Counted from the stretch's first letter, positions 1-9,145 are shown. The stretch: 32,000 nt of DNA from an uncultured Erysipelotrichaceae bacterium (GCA_942493105.1 OW818668.1:1050001-1082000), one strand, 5' to 3'. The notes: generated from the sequence alone by a model not told the origin. A program made the numbers and translations.

Positions 1-51
1 ACCATGATCGATGATGGTGTTGTGATCTTGAGCTATCAGCGCAGAAACTGA
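1..51 (+). CDS. 3' end of an upstream CDS (partial, ...TMIDDGVVILSYQRRN*)
   Basis: Frame 1 is open from the window edge to TGA at 49-51, and a hairpin plus T-run follows immediately. Confidence 0.35.
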   Translation, partial: TMIDDGVVILSYQRRN

Positions 52-80
52 CCGTAAGCCAATGCTTACGGTTTTCTTTT
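51..80 (+). terminator. Rho-independent terminator
   Basis: Stem accgtaagc / gcttacggt with loop caat, followed by tttctttt. Confidence 0.7.
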
Positions 81-114
81 AACTGAAATGAGTTGAATAG
101 CGTATAATGTTCAC

Positions 115-1314
115 ATGAACAAAACCATTACCTTAAAAAAAGGAGAAGGCAGAGTCCTGGCCGCCAAAGGCGCCTGGGTCTTTGATAACGAAATTGAATC
201 CCAAGAAGAAGGCATCCAAAATGGTGAAATCGTCACGATTTTGGCACACAACGGCTTTCCATTAGGTCAAGGTTTCATCAATGCCAACTCTAAGATTAGA
301 ATTCGTTTACTGACACGTGATGTCACCAAAGACGTCGATGAGGCTTTTATTCGATCTCAAGTTAAAAGAGCCTATGACTATCGCAAAGATCTCATGGATC
401 TATCAAGTTGCCGTTTGATATTTGGAGAAGCTGATTTCTTACCTGGATTTATCGTTGATAAATTTGCGGGAGTATTGGTCGTCCAATCTTTAGCGTTAGG
501 TATTGATCCTTTTAAGCTGATCATCGTTGATGAGTTGATCCAACTTTTAAAAGCTGATGGGATCACAGTGAGTGGTGTCTATGAAAGATCAGATGCGAAA
601 GTCAGAGAACACGAAGGTCTGCAGAAAATCAAAGGTTTCATCTCAGAACCTTTTGATTCCCAAGTTGAAATCGTAGAGAATGGCGTTAAATTTATGGTCG
701 ATGTCAAAGATGGCCAAAAGACAGGGTTTTTCTTAGATCAGAAATTCAATCGTGCCGCGATCCATAAACTCGTCAAAGGCAAAGAAGTCTTGGATTGTTT
801 TACGCATACCGGTTCATTTGGCTTGAATGCGGCAGTCCATGGGGCAACGCATGTCACAGCCATTGACATTTCTCAATCTGCCATCGATCAGGCGATCGTT
901 AATGCAAAACTCAATGCTGTTGAAGATAAAATGACCTTCTTGGTTGAAGATGTCTTTGATGCTTTGCCGATCATGGTCCAAAAACAAGTCAAGTTTGATG
1001 TGGTTGTTTTAGATCCACCATCCTTCGCAAAAAGCAGAGATGCTTTGAAGAATGCTTTAAAAGGTTACCGCGACATCAATACCCAAGCCATAAAGTTAGT
1101 TAAGGATCAAGGCTACTTGGTGACTGCATCCTGCACAAGTTTTGTTACACCGGACTTATTCAAAGAAACGATCGAAAAAGCATCAAAAGATGCCCATCGT
1201 CGAATCCGTCTTGTTGAATCTCGCTTCCAAAGTTTTGATCACCCTGTTTTATGGGGCGATGAGAATACACCTTATCTTAAATTCTATATCTTCCAAGTCA
1301 TCGATGAACAATAA
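115..1314 (+). CDS. Class I SAM-dependent rRNA methyltransferase, RlmI/YwbD-like (PUA-like N-terminus plus Rossmann MTase)
   Basis: 399 aa. SAM-binding block VLDCFTHTGSFGLNAA and catalytic-type block VVVLDPPSFAKS; N-terminal KKGEGRVLAAKGAWVFDNEI is typical of this family. No SD sequence; TATAAT at 103-108 lies only 6 nt before the ATG. Confidence 0.85.
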   Translation: MNKTITLKKGEGRVLAAKGAWVFDNEIESQEEGIQNGEIVTILAHNGFPLGQGFINANSKIRIRLLTRDVTKDVDEAFIRSQVKRAYDYRKDLMDLSSCRLIFGEADFLPGFIVDKFAGVLVVQSLALGIDPFKLIIVDELIQLLKADGITVSGVYERSDAKVREHEGLQKIKGFISEPFDSQVEIVENGVKFMVDVKDGQKTGFFLDQKFNRAAIHKLVKGKEVLDCFTHTGSFGLNAAVHGATHVTAIDISQSAIDQAIVNAKLNAVEDKMTFLVEDVFDALPIMVQKQVKFDVVVLDPPSFAKSRDALKNALKGYRDINTQAIKLVKDQGYLVTASCTSFVTPDLFKETIEKASKDAHRRIRLVESRFQSFDHPVLWGDENTPYLKFYIFQVIDEQ

Positions 1315-1317
1315 AGC

Positions 1318-1342
1318 AAGCGTGTCAAACACACGCTTTTTT
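1318..1342 (+). terminator. Rho-independent terminator
   Basis: Stem aagcgtgt / acacgctt with loop caaac, then a T-run. Confidence 0.75.
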
Positions 1343-1370
1343 AATGTATAATAAAGTTAGTGAGGACAAT

Positions 1371-2534
1371 ATGAACTTAAAATCTAAAGAGGTCAAACAC
1401 GCACTGATCTATATTGGACTTAGTTTCGTCGCCATCATGATCATCATGAATCAAGCGTCGATCTTAAATGCACTCAAACTGATGTTTTCAGTTGTTTCGC
1501 CTTTTATATTGGGTTTAGCGATTGCTTTTGTCTTCAATGCACCGATGCGTAATATTGAGAAAAGAATCTTTGGTTTAACCCCTTTTACAAACAAACTGCC
1601 AAGTTCGGTAAAAAGAGTTGTATCTTATCTATTAACGTTGATCTTGATCACATCTGTTTTGGGAGCTTTTGTTATCTCAGTCGTACCTGCTTTGACCGCA
1701 ACCATCATCGACTTTATCAATGCGGTTCCGCAAGCCATTACCGATCTTCAGAATTGGATTGCTGATCAAGTCACCTTAGAAACACAAGTTGGATTATGGT
1801 TGACATCGATCAATTTTGATTTTGAAGTCGTTAAACAAAACATCATTTTGTTTGCTCAAAGCAGTGTTCAAAGTTGGTTGGATTCCTCATTCAATATCGT
1901 ATCCGGCGTCTTCAGTGCTTTTATTTCTCTATCCATCGCCTTTGTCTTTTCAATCTATGTTTTATTGAGTAAAGAACGTTTGGGCAATCAAATTAAAATG
2001 ATCTTGAAAGCTTATTTCCCACAAGATAAAATCGATGACTTTATGAAAGTTGCCCATCAAGCGGATGAAATCTATTCATCGTTTGTATTGGGTCAGGTCG
2101 TAGAAGCGGCGATCATCGGGATCATCTTCTTTGTCGTATTGAGTTTGCTTAATTTTCCATATACGATTTTGATTTCAACCATCATTGCCTTTACAGCCCT
2201 GATTCCAATCGTTGGTTCATTGTTGGCCATGGTCATCGGGATCATTTTGATCGCAACCGTCAATCCCATTCAGTCGTTTTGGTTCTTTGTGATCTTCCAG
2301 ACCATTCAGAATTTAGAGAACAATTTTATCTATCCACATGTTGTTGGTAAGAATGTTGGATTACCCGCCATATGGGTCTTAGTTGCCATTACGATCGGTG
2401 GTAGTTTGTATGGTGTATTAGGCATCATCTTATCGATCCCTACCTTTTCTTTGTTTTATGTTTTGTTTACTGAACATATTTCAGAACGTATCAAAACCAA
2501 AGAAAACATCCCGGATTCTAACAAACAGGCCTAG
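1371..2534 (+). CDS. AI-2E family transporter (PerM/YdiK-like permease)
   Basis: Multi-TM protein with the conserved block NFIYPHVVGKNVGLPAIWVLVAI. Start moved from 1344 to 1371: the 1344 ATG sits inside a TATAAT box, and 1371 has a GAGGA RBS. Confidence 0.85.
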   Translation: MNLKSKEVKHALIYIGLSFVAIMIIMNQASILNALKLMFSVVSPFILGLAIAFVFNAPMRNIEKRIFGLTPFTNKLPSSVKRVVSYLLTLILITSVLGAFVISVVPALTATIIDFINAVPQAITDLQNWIADQVTLETQVGLWLTSINFDFEVVKQNIILFAQSSVQSWLDSSFNIVSGVFSAFISLSIAFVFSIYVLLSKERLGNQIKMILKAYFPQDKIDDFMKVAHQADEIYSSFVLGQVVEAAIIGIIFFVVLSLLNFPYTILISTIIAFTALIPIVGSLLAMVIGIILIATVNPIQSFWFFVIFQTIQNLENNFIYPHVVGKNVGLPAIWVLVAITIGGSLYGVLGIILSIPTFSLFYVLFTEHISERIKTKENIPDSNKQA

Positions 2535-2546
2535 CCTGTTTTTTTG
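2523..2546 (+). terminator. Rho-independent terminator overlapping the stop codon
   Basis: Stem aacaggc / gcctgtt followed by ttttttt. Confidence 0.75.
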
Positions 2547-2626
2547 TGGTTTTGATAAACTTGGTCATTTTCATCATAAAACAAGTGGAATTTGATACAA
2601 TGGGTCTTGAATTTAAGGAGACACAA

Positions 2627-2995
2627 ATGAAAAATATATTACTGGGTACATTGTTATTAAGTATGACTTTAGCCGCTTGCAGCGCATCGGCCTATCAAAA
2701 AATATCAGCATCAAAGGCAAAGGACATGATAGACAAAGGCAATGTCATCATCGTTGATGTCCGTACACAGGATGAATATGATGAAGGCCATATCCAAGGC
2801 GCCATCTTGATCCCCAATGAAACCATCTCAAATCAACAGCCAACATTATTACCAAACAAAGATGCGGTGATCTTGGTTTACTGCAGAAGTGGTAATCGTT
2901 CTAAACAAGCCGCGGATAAATTGGTTGCGATGGGCTATACAAAGGTCTATGACTTTGGTGGCGTGATTGATTGGACATATGGATTGGTTAAATAA
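2627..2995 (+). CDS. Rhodanese-domain lipoprotein
   Basis: AAGGAG RBS at 2615-2620. Signal peptide with lipobox LAAC. Rhodanese active-site loop YCRSGNRS. Confidence 0.85.
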   Translation: MKNILLGTLLLSMTLAACSASAYQKISASKAKDMIDKGNVIIVDVRTQDEYDEGHIQGAILIPNETISNQQPTLLPNKDAVILVYCRSGNRSKQAADKLVAMGYTKVYDFGGVIDWTYGLVK

Positions 2996-3007
2996 TTTGT
3001 GCATCTT

Positions 3008-3029
3008 AAACCCTTAAACGGGTTTTTTA
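3008..3029 (+). terminator. Rho-independent terminator
   Basis: Stem aaaccc / gggttt followed by a T-run. Confidence 0.65.
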
Positions 3030-3057
3030 TTTGATGTAAAACGTGTACACTTAAAGT

Positions 3058-3954
3058 ATGGAAAAAATTCAACTCACAAAAGATGTAAGTTTATCTCGTA
3101 TCATCCAAGGACTGTGGCATATTACCGACTGGAACAGGACAACGGCCGAGCATTTAGAATTCATAAAAGCGTGTATCGGATTGGGCGTGACCAGTTTTGA
3201 TACAGCTGAAATTTATGGTGGCTATGAAGGCGAAGCTTGCCTTGGGGAAGTGTTGAAACTGGACCCGTCTTTGCGTTCACAGATTCAAATCATCACTAAA
3301 ACAGGGATCAATATGAAACATCCAAGTCGTCCCTATACGATCAGTCATTATGATACCTCATATGATAAGATCATTAAGTCTTGTCATGAAAGTTTAAAGA
3401 AACTCAATACAGATGTGATTGATGTATATTTGATTCATCGTGAAGACCCATTGATCGATCATGAAGAAGTAGCTCGTGCATTAAACGATCTGAAGGCTCA
3501 AGGACTCATAAAAGCCTATGGGGTCAGTAACTTCGATCCCTTTAAATTCAAGGCACTGCAAGCAGCTACAGGCAACCAATTGGTCACCAATCAGATCGAA
3601 TGGAATCCTTTGGTTCATGAACACATTGAATCTGGGATGTTGGATGTCTTACAGATGCATCATGTTCGTCCGATGATTTGGTCGCCATTAGCTCAAGGCA
3701 GATTGTTTAATCCGGATCATCCTAAAGCTATCAAAGTAGCTGCTGTTTTAAATGAATTGGCTGCTAAATATAAAGTTGCCCCAGAGACGATTGCCTTTGC
3801 TTATCTGTTGATGCATCCAGTCAAAGCGATGCCCATCAGCGGCAGTTCGCAGATCGCACGATTAAAAAATGCCATTGCGGCACTTGATGTAAAACTGGAT
3901 CGTGAAGATTGGTATAAGATCTATCTCTCCAGCGGCGATAAGCGTCTGCGATAA
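3058..3954 (+). CDS. Aldo/keto reductase family oxidoreductase
   Basis: 298 aa. AKR blocks GVTSFDTAEIYGGYEGE, DVYLIHRED and AYGVSNF. Confidence 0.85.
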   Translation: MEKIQLTKDVSLSRIIQGLWHITDWNRTTAEHLEFIKACIGLGVTSFDTAEIYGGYEGEACLGEVLKLDPSLRSQIQIITKTGINMKHPSRPYTISHYDTSYDKIIKSCHESLKKLNTDVIDVYLIHREDPLIDHEEVARALNDLKAQGLIKAYGVSNFDPFKFKALQAATGNQLVTNQIEWNPLVHEHIESGMLDVLQMHHVRPMIWSPLAQGRLFNPDHPKAIKVAAVLNELAAKYKVAPETIAFAYLLMHPVKAMPISGSSQIARLKNAIAALDVKLDREDWYKIYLSSGDKRLR

Positions 3955-3957
3955 AAC

Positions 3958-4353
3958 ATGTCACATAATGGAAACCTTCATCATGTCGAAATCAATGTTT
4001 CAGATCTAAAAAAATCAAGGATATTTTACGATTGGTTTTTAGCTGAACTGGGATATAAACTATATCAAGAATGGGAAAAAGGATTCAGTTATCGTAAAGA
4101 AAACACGTACCTGGTGTTTGTTCAAACCGAACCTAAGCATCTTGATCAAGCCTATCATCGTTGTCAAACTGGTCTCAATCATTTGGCGTTTCACGCGGAT
4201 AAGGATTTGATTGATAAAATCGCCAAACAACTCCCTGAAAAAGGCATTGTCTTATTATATCCAGATCAGCATCCGTATGCTGCAGGTCCAGAAGCCTATG
4301 CTTTATTTATGGAAGATCCTGATCGCATCAAAATCGAATGTGCTGCCTATTAA
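3958..4353 (+). CDS. VOC (glyoxalase/bleomycin-resistance/dioxygenase) family protein
   Basis: 131 aa. HHVEINVSDLKKSRIFYDWFL and GLNHLAF blocks typical of VOC modules. Starts 3 nt after the preceding stop. Confidence 0.75.
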   Translation: MSHNGNLHHVEINVSDLKKSRIFYDWFLAELGYKLYQEWEKGFSYRKENTYLVFVQTEPKHLDQAYHRCQTGLNHLAFHADKDLIDKIAKQLPEKGIVLLYPDQHPYAAGPEAYALFMEDPDRIKIECAAY

Positions 4354-4376
4354 AAACGCCTTGCGGCGTTTTTGTT
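4354..4376. terminator. Bidirectional terminator between convergent genes
   Basis: Stem aaacgcc / ggcgttt with loop ttgc, flanked by an A-run and a T-run. Sits between the stops at 4353 and 4384. Confidence 0.75.
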
Positions 4377-4383
4377 TGAAATG

Positions 4384-5415
4384 TTAAACGTTGAGTTTTA
4401 GATCGCCGTCTTTGATTTTCCCTTTTTTAACTAGGAATAGATAAATGACATAACTGATGATGGCTGGCAGAATGAAATGTAAGATCGCTATGGCGATAAA
4501 TACATTGGTTGTAAAACCCATATCGTTAAGGGTCGTAATGGGACCCACTAAACCTGAAGTTCCCATCCCGGCACCGGCAGCGACATTGGTCATCTTAAAG
4601 ACCATGGTTGATAAAGGACCGGTGATGACACTGGCTAAAGTTGGGGGAATCAACAACCACCAGTTCTTCATAATATTGGGAATCTGAAGCATACTGGTTC
4701 CTAGACCCACTGAAAATAATCCTGATATTTTATTGTCTTTATATCCAATGACCGCAAAGCCAATCATTTGAGCAGCACAGCCTACAGTAGCTGCACCTGC
4801 TGCTAAACCACTCAGATTCAGCATGATCGCTAAAGCTGCTGATGATATGGGAGCCGTTAAGACCAGACCCATGACGACAGATACGATGATGCCCATTAAG
4901 AAAGGCTGATAGGTCGTCGCCGTAACGATGATCGATCCTAAGAAAGTCATCAATCGTGCGATCAGAGGAGATACGCTCATTGAAATCAAAGCTCCAATAA
5001 GAATTGTCACTAACGGAGTCACGATGATGTCCAGTTTGGTTTCTTTGGATACGATCTTACCAAACTCACATGCAACAAGCGATGCTATAAAGGCTCCGGC
5101 TGGTCCACCAGAAGCAGCCCCCATAGAACCGGTTACGGCAGATGCGAATAAAACTAGTGGGGGAGCTTGTAAACGATGAGCCACCGCAACCCCGATCGCT
5201 GCCCCCATCATGCCCATAGCTGCTGTTCCAATCAAAACCAATTGATTTGAAATCGCATTGGCTCCAAACATAACGATGCTTTGAGCTCCCAATGTCTTGA
5301 TGATCAAACCAATAATCAAAGATGAAAATAAACCCAAAGCCATGGCACTCATCGCATCGATCCCATAGTTTTGAAGTGAGATAACGATGTTTTTCTTCTT
5401 CAAGAAAGTTTTCAT
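4384..5415 (-). CDS. Polytopic membrane protein, PTS EIIC-like permease family (putative)
   Basis: About 343 aa, Gly/Ala-rich TM helices. N-terminus MKTFLKKKNIVISLQNYGIDAMSAMALGLF resembles orphan EIIC-like permeases of Firmicutes. Start set at 5415 (AAGAGGAA RBS) rather than 5490. Confidence 0.6.
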   Translation of the reverse strand: MKTFLKKKNIVISLQNYGIDAMSAMALGLFSSLIIGLIIKTLGAQSIVMFGANAISNQLVLIGTAAMGMMGAAIGVAVAHRLQAPPLVLFASAVTGSMGAASGGPAGAFIASLVACEFGKIVSKETKLDIIVTPLVTILIGALISMSVSPLIARLMTFLGSIIVTATTYQPFLMGIIVSVVMGLVLTAPISSAALAIMLNLSGLAAGAATVGCAAQMIGFAVIGYKDNKISGLFSVGLGTSMLQIPNIMKNWWLLIPPTLASVITGPLSTMVFKMTNVAAGAGMGTSGLVGPITTLNDMGFTTNVFIAIAILHFILPAIISYVIYLFLVKKGKIKDGDLKLNV

Positions 5416-5483
5416 GGAAGTTCCTCTTTTTATGAGATAACTGTACTGTATCACTTGGTAAATGTAAATCATAATCATAAAAA

Positions 5484-5523
5484 TTGACAAGTTATATAAA
5501 CTGTATTATATTAGTGATACAGT
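5484..5523 (+). promoter_or_regulatory. Promoter (TTGACA-17-TATATT) with overlapping palindrome ACTGTAT-N10-ATACAGT
   Basis: TTGACA at 5484-5489, TATATT at 5507-5512, palindrome at 5500-5523. A second palindrome TGTCAATTGACA at 5547-5558 lies just before the RBS. Confidence 0.65.
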
Positions 5524-5571
5524 TGGAAACAACTTCTGAATCACCATGTCAATTGACACAAAGGAGCTTTT

Positions 5572-5874
5572 ATGGAATTTAGAACATTCATGGTCTTTGC
5601 AGGCTTTGCTTCGATTGGTGTCCTTTACTTCATTTTATATCGCTTTCTCTTTCATAAACAACTTAAATGGAAGATGGTCCATTCTATTTGGATCCCGCTT
5701 TTGATTTCATTATTCAGCGTTTTTCTTTTCTTTTCCTATAAAGATCTGGATGGATTTGGATCCTTAGCTGCTGTCATATCGGTGATCATACTTAATGCCC
5801 CGGTTGTGATCTATTTGATTTTGTTTGCTATTTTCTCAATGAAAGATGCGAAAGCGCTTCGCGCTAAAAGTTAA
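5572..5874 (+). CDS. Small 3-TM membrane protein, paralog 1 of 3 (LKWKM-HSIW family)
   Basis: AAGGAG RBS. Shares the Y-R-x-x-F...LKWKMxHSIWxPL core with the two downstream paralogs. Confidence 0.75.
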   Translation: MEFRTFMVFAGFASIGVLYFILYRFLFHKQLKWKMVHSIWIPLLISLFSVFLFFSYKDLDGFGSLAAVISVIILNAPVVIYLILFAIFSMKDAKALRAKS

Positions 5875-5878
5875 GTTG

Positions 5879-5905
5879 AACCCGCGAAAAGGCGGGTTTT
5901 GTTTT
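5879..5905 (+). terminator. Rho-independent terminator
   Basis: Stem cccgc / gcggg with loop gaaaag, followed by ttttgtttt. Confidence 0.75.
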
Positions 5906-5931
5906 ATCCAATTGTTTTATATGTATTTTCG

Positions 5932-5971
5932 TTGACAGAATTCCTTAACTGTATTACACTAATGATACAGT
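5932..5971 (+). promoter_or_regulatory. Second copy of the promoter/operator module (TTGACA-17-TACACT; ACTGTAT-N10-ATACAGT)
   Basis: TTGACA at 5932-5937, TACACT at 5955-5960, palindrome at 5948-5971. Leader palindrome TGTCAAATGACA at 5996-6007. Confidence 0.65.
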
Positions 5972-6019
5972 TAGATTCAACTGAAGATTATTCTGTGTCA
6001 AATGACACCAAGGAGTTTT

Positions 6020-6319
6020 ATGGATTATACCCAGTCACTTTATCTTGTTATCGCACTAATTGGGGTACTTTATGCTTTGATTTATCGTTATGTGTTTGTT
6101 TCCCGCTTGAAATGGAAGATGAAACATTCGATTTGGCTTCCATTGATTTGGGGTATATTGGTTTCTGTATATGGAATCTATTTGTTGATGAATGCAGATG
6201 CCCCAGGCAGTTGGAATGATATTGTTGGGGCCGTTATACTCATTGTGTTTAACTTACCTGTCGTTACGTTCTTTATCACTTTTGCAATCATAACTTTCTT
6301 TGATCGACAATCAAAGTAA
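6020..6319 (+). CDS. Small 3-TM membrane protein, paralog 2 of 3
   Basis: Start moved to 6020: AAGGAG at 6010-6015, and the N-terminus aligns with paralogs 1 and 3. Contains the RLKWKMKHSIWLPL core. Confidence 0.75.
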   Translation: MDYTQSLYLVIALIGVLYALIYRYVFVSRLKWKMKHSIWLPLIWGILVSVYGIYLLMNADAPGSWNDIVGAVILIVFNLPVVTFFITFAIITFFDRQSK

Positions 6320-6347
6320 ACGTGTTTAACACCAGAAAGGAATAACT

Positions 6348-6647
6348 ATGGATCTCACAGCTCTACTTATCTCAGCTTCGATGGCGATCGTTTATTTCTT
6401 TGTTTATCGTTTGTTTGCTTATCAGAAACTTAAATGGAAAATGATCCATTCGATTTGGATTCCGTTACTGTATGCCATTGGCTTTACTGGCTTTGGATTG
6501 AGTTTATTATCAACCCCGTGGTTTGGAGCCAATCGTACAGCCTTATCCATTATTCAAGTTTTAACTGAACTAAATCTGCCTGTCATCATCTTCTTTGTCT
6601 TATATGTGATCTTTGTCTTTCTTGATCAAAAGAAAGTTAAAGCCTGA
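6348..6647 (+). CDS. Small 3-TM membrane protein, paralog 3 of 3
   Basis: RBS aaaggaa. Contains the KLKWKMIHSIWIPL core. Confidence 0.75.
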   Translation: MDLTALLISASMAIVYFFVYRLFAYQKLKWKMIHSIWIPLLYAIGFTGFGLSLLSTPWFGANRTALSIIQVLTELNLPVIIFFVLYVIFVFLDQKKVKA

Positions 6648-6655
6648 GTTATGAT

Positions 6656-6686
6656 AATCCCGTTTGAATTTAAACGGGATTTTTTA
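6656..6686 (+). terminator. Rho-independent terminator
   Basis: Stem aatcccgttt / aaacgggatt followed by tttttt. Confidence 0.8.
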
Positions 6687-6727
6687 TATACTAAGAGTGC
6701 ACATTCGTGCTTAGGAAGCAGGTTGTC

Positions 6728-6955
6728 ATGACCTTAAAAGATTTAAAGCCAGGACAAACAGGTATTATAGAAAGTCTGGGTAAACCAAGTACCCTTAGAA
6801 AACGCATCATCGATATGGGATTGACCATTGGGACAGAAATCAAAGTGATCAAACTGGCGCCCTTAGGCGATCCGATCGAAATCAAAGTGAGAGGGTATCA
6901 GTTGAGTCTTAGACTGCATGAAGCCTCTGAGATCTACGTCAGGTTGATCTCATGA
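6728..6955 (+). CDS. feoA: Ferrous iron transport protein A
   Basis: About 75 aa SH3-like FeoA pattern (LKDLKPGQTGIIESL...RIIDMGLTIGTEIKV). ATGA overlap with feoB. Confidence 0.85.
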   Translation: MTLKDLKPGQTGIIESLGKPSTLRKRIIDMGLTIGTEIKVIKLAPLGDPIEIKVRGYQLSLRLHEASEIYVRLIS

Positions 6956-8958
6956 AGAAAACCATTGCCTTAGTCGGTAATCCGAATTGTGGAAAATCGA
7001 CTGTATTCAATATTTTGACCGGATCCAATCAGTATGTTGGAAACTGGCCAGGCGTTACCGTTGAGAAAAAATCAGGTCATATCCGTAAAAGTAAAATGGA
7101 TCTGTCCGTTGTTGATTTGCCAGGAATTTATTCCTTAGCGACATCAACCTTAGAAGAAGTGATTACCCGGGAATTCATAGAAAGCGATGAGGTCGATCTC
7201 ATTGTCAACATCGTGGATGCGTCGAATTTAGAGCGCAACCTCTTTTTGACATTACAGTTGATGGAGATTGGAAAGCCGATGATCGTTGCCCTTAACATGA
7301 TGGATGTGTTACGCGCCCACAAGGATGAGCTCAACATCGAACATTTAAGTCAACACCTTGGCATTGAGATGATTGAGATCGTTGCCTCCAAAGAACAAGG
7401 CATCTCAGAATTGATCCAAGCCATGGAGAAAGATTATTTGCCCATTCAGATTTTACCGATTTATCGTCCGAAAATTCAGAAACTGATCAACAAAGTCAAA
7501 GAAGGATTACAAATCAAAGTCAGTCCGACCCTACATGCGATCCGTTTTATCGAAGAAGGCATTTCAGCAGCTTTAGGTCACGAGAAAAAGCCTTTGGATC
7601 TGTCGCCTTTAAATGCGATGGTTGAAGAAAGCTTAAAAGATGAGACACTGGATCGCGATATGATCATCTCGGATGAGAAATATCGCTTTATCACAGAATT
7701 ATCATCGCATGTCTTAAAACGTAATATATCGGATGAAAAGACATTGACGCATCAGATCGATGCCTTGGTGACCAACCGACTCTTAGCTTTCCCCATTTTC
7801 TTAGGCGTCATGTGGATCGTATTTATGTTGGCCTTTGGACCTTTAGGTTCGACTTTAAAAGTTTACTTTGAATTGTTGATCCAGTTTGTGATCGATCAAG
7901 TGGCCGCATTGTTGACGATGATTGGGGTTTCTTCTTGGGTCTATGGTTTGGTCATTGATGGATTATTGGGTGGAGTAGGTTCTGTATTGAGCTTCTTACC
8001 TGAAATCACGATTCTATTTGTGGTCTTATCGATCTTAGAAGATACAGGGTATATGGCCAGAGCAGCTTTCATCATGGATCGCATACTGCGTCGCTTTGGT
8101 TTATCAGGCAAATCCTTTATTCCAATGATCATTGGTTTTGGATGTACTGTACCTGCGTTGATGGCGACCCGTACTTTAGAGAATGAAAAGGATCGTCGTT
8201 TAACGATGATGATCATTCCGTTTATGTCGTGCAGTGCACGTTTTCCGATCTACGCAGTTTTTGCGGCAGCCTTATTCACAGACAATCAAGCTTTGGTCGT
8301 ATATGCGATGTACATCATGGGGATCCTGGTGGCTATTTTATCAGGTATCTTCTTAAAACGTTTTGTGACAAAAGGCAGTGTGAGCAGTTTTATTATGGAA
8401 CTGCCAGAGTATCATCGTCCTACTGTACGTAATTTAGCGTTACATACCTGGGACAAAGTCAAAGGCTTCATCATCAAAGCTGGGACAGTCTTACTTTTAG
8501 CGTCCTTGGTCATCTATGTGATGAGTACTTATACCTTTACTTTACAACCCGCTCTTGATCAAGTCGATTCAATGATTGGTTCGATTGGGATGTTTATTGC
8601 GCCGATCTTTAAGCCTTTAGGTTTTGGAGATTGGAAATCATCGATTGCACTTCTAGTTGGCTTTATCGCCAAAGAAGCCGTAGTGTCTACTTTAGGGGTC
8701 TTGTATGGGGTTGGTGATGCGGCTGTCAGCAGCAGTAGTGCCTTGGTTGAACCAATACGGGCGGCTTATACACCATTAGCTGGCTTTGCGTTTATGACCT
8801 TTACCTTGCTTTATTTACCATGTATCGCAGCCTTTGCGACCCTTAAGCGTGAAATGAACTCTTGGAAATGGACTTTCATTACCGTGGGTTATCAAACTGG
8901 GGTTGCTTATCTGTTGGCTCTGTTGATTTATCAGGGCGGAAAGATGATGGGGTTCTAA
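6952..8958 (+). CDS. feoB: Ferrous iron transporter FeoB
   Basis: 668 aa. N-terminal G-domain (GNPNCGKST, DLPG, NMMD) followed by a polytopic permease domain. Confidence 0.95.
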   Translation: MKKTIALVGNPNCGKSTVFNILTGSNQYVGNWPGVTVEKKSGHIRKSKMDLSVVDLPGIYSLATSTLEEVITREFIESDEVDLIVNIVDASNLERNLFLTLQLMEIGKPMIVALNMMDVLRAHKDELNIEHLSQHLGIEMIEIVASKEQGISELIQAMEKDYLPIQILPIYRPKIQKLINKVKEGLQIKVSPTLHAIRFIEEGISAALGHEKKPLDLSPLNAMVEESLKDETLDRDMIISDEKYRFITELSSHVLKRNISDEKTLTHQIDALVTNRLLAFPIFLGVMWIVFMLAFGPLGSTLKVYFELLIQFVIDQVAALLTMIGVSSWVYGLVIDGLLGGVGSVLSFLPEITILFVVLSILEDTGYMARAAFIMDRILRRFGLSGKSFIPMIIGFGCTVPALMATRTLENEKDRRLTMMIIPFMSCSARFPIYAVFAAALFTDNQALVVYAMYIMGILVAILSGIFLKRFVTKGSVSSFIMELPEYHRPTVRNLALHTWDKVKGFIIKAGTVLLLASLVIYVMSTYTFTLQPALDQVDSMIGSIGMFIAPIFKPLGFGDWKSSIALLVGFIAKEAVVSTLGVLYGVGDAAVSSSSALVEPIRAAYTPLAGFAFMTFTLLYLPCIAAFATLKREMNSWKWTFITVGYQTGVAYLLALLIYQGGKMMGF

Positions 8959-8959
8959 G

Positions 8960-9145
8960 ATGGCTGATTTCATTATTTTGGGACTTGTTGGGATCGTCAT
9001 CGCGATGGTCGTTGTTTATCTTGTCAAACAAAAACAAAGCTGTCATCCAGATGCGTGTGCTGGATGTGCTGATTATAATAAAGGTTGTGGACATTGTGAT
9101 GTGGAAACCTTAAAGAAAGAACTAAAAGCAGAGCTTCATAAGTAA
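8960..9145 (+). CDS. FeoB-associated Cys-rich membrane protein
   Basis: 61 aa. One TM helix, then CHPDACAGCADYNKGCGHC. Lies directly after feoB. Confidence 0.8.
   Translation: MADFIILGLVGIVIAMVVVYLVKQKQSCHPDACAGCADYNKGCGHCDVETLKKELKAELHK

Noticed and set aside
4457-5179. Antisense ORFs 4457-4687 and 4928-5179 inside the EIIC-like gene (likewise 378-566, 7128-7337, 7941-8216, 8229-8432, 8815-9113, 11213-11898, 11829-12519, 15466-15724, 16997-17548, 18521-18706, 19033-19421, 20765-20953, 21624-21958, 25244-25629, 27175-27372, 27680-28006, 29404-29592 and 30867-31112)
   Set aside because: They are fully nested in, or antisense to, longer ORFs with clear family motifs, have no RBS, and have skewed low-complexity composition. 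They are shadow ORFs.
5500-5523. CTGTAT...ATACAG palindrome as a LexA SOS box
   Set aside because: The E. coli-type box is CTGT-N8-ACAG, whereas here the spacing is CTGT-N14-ACAG. Firmicutes LexA recognises CGAAC-N4-GTTCG. The downstream genes are small membrane proteins, not SOS genes.
5899-6219. 106-aa ORF overlapping the second promoter module and paralog 2
   Set aside because: It starts inside the terminator/promoter region, is out of frame with the conserved LKWKM-HSIW paralog, and is not conserved in the other two repeat units.
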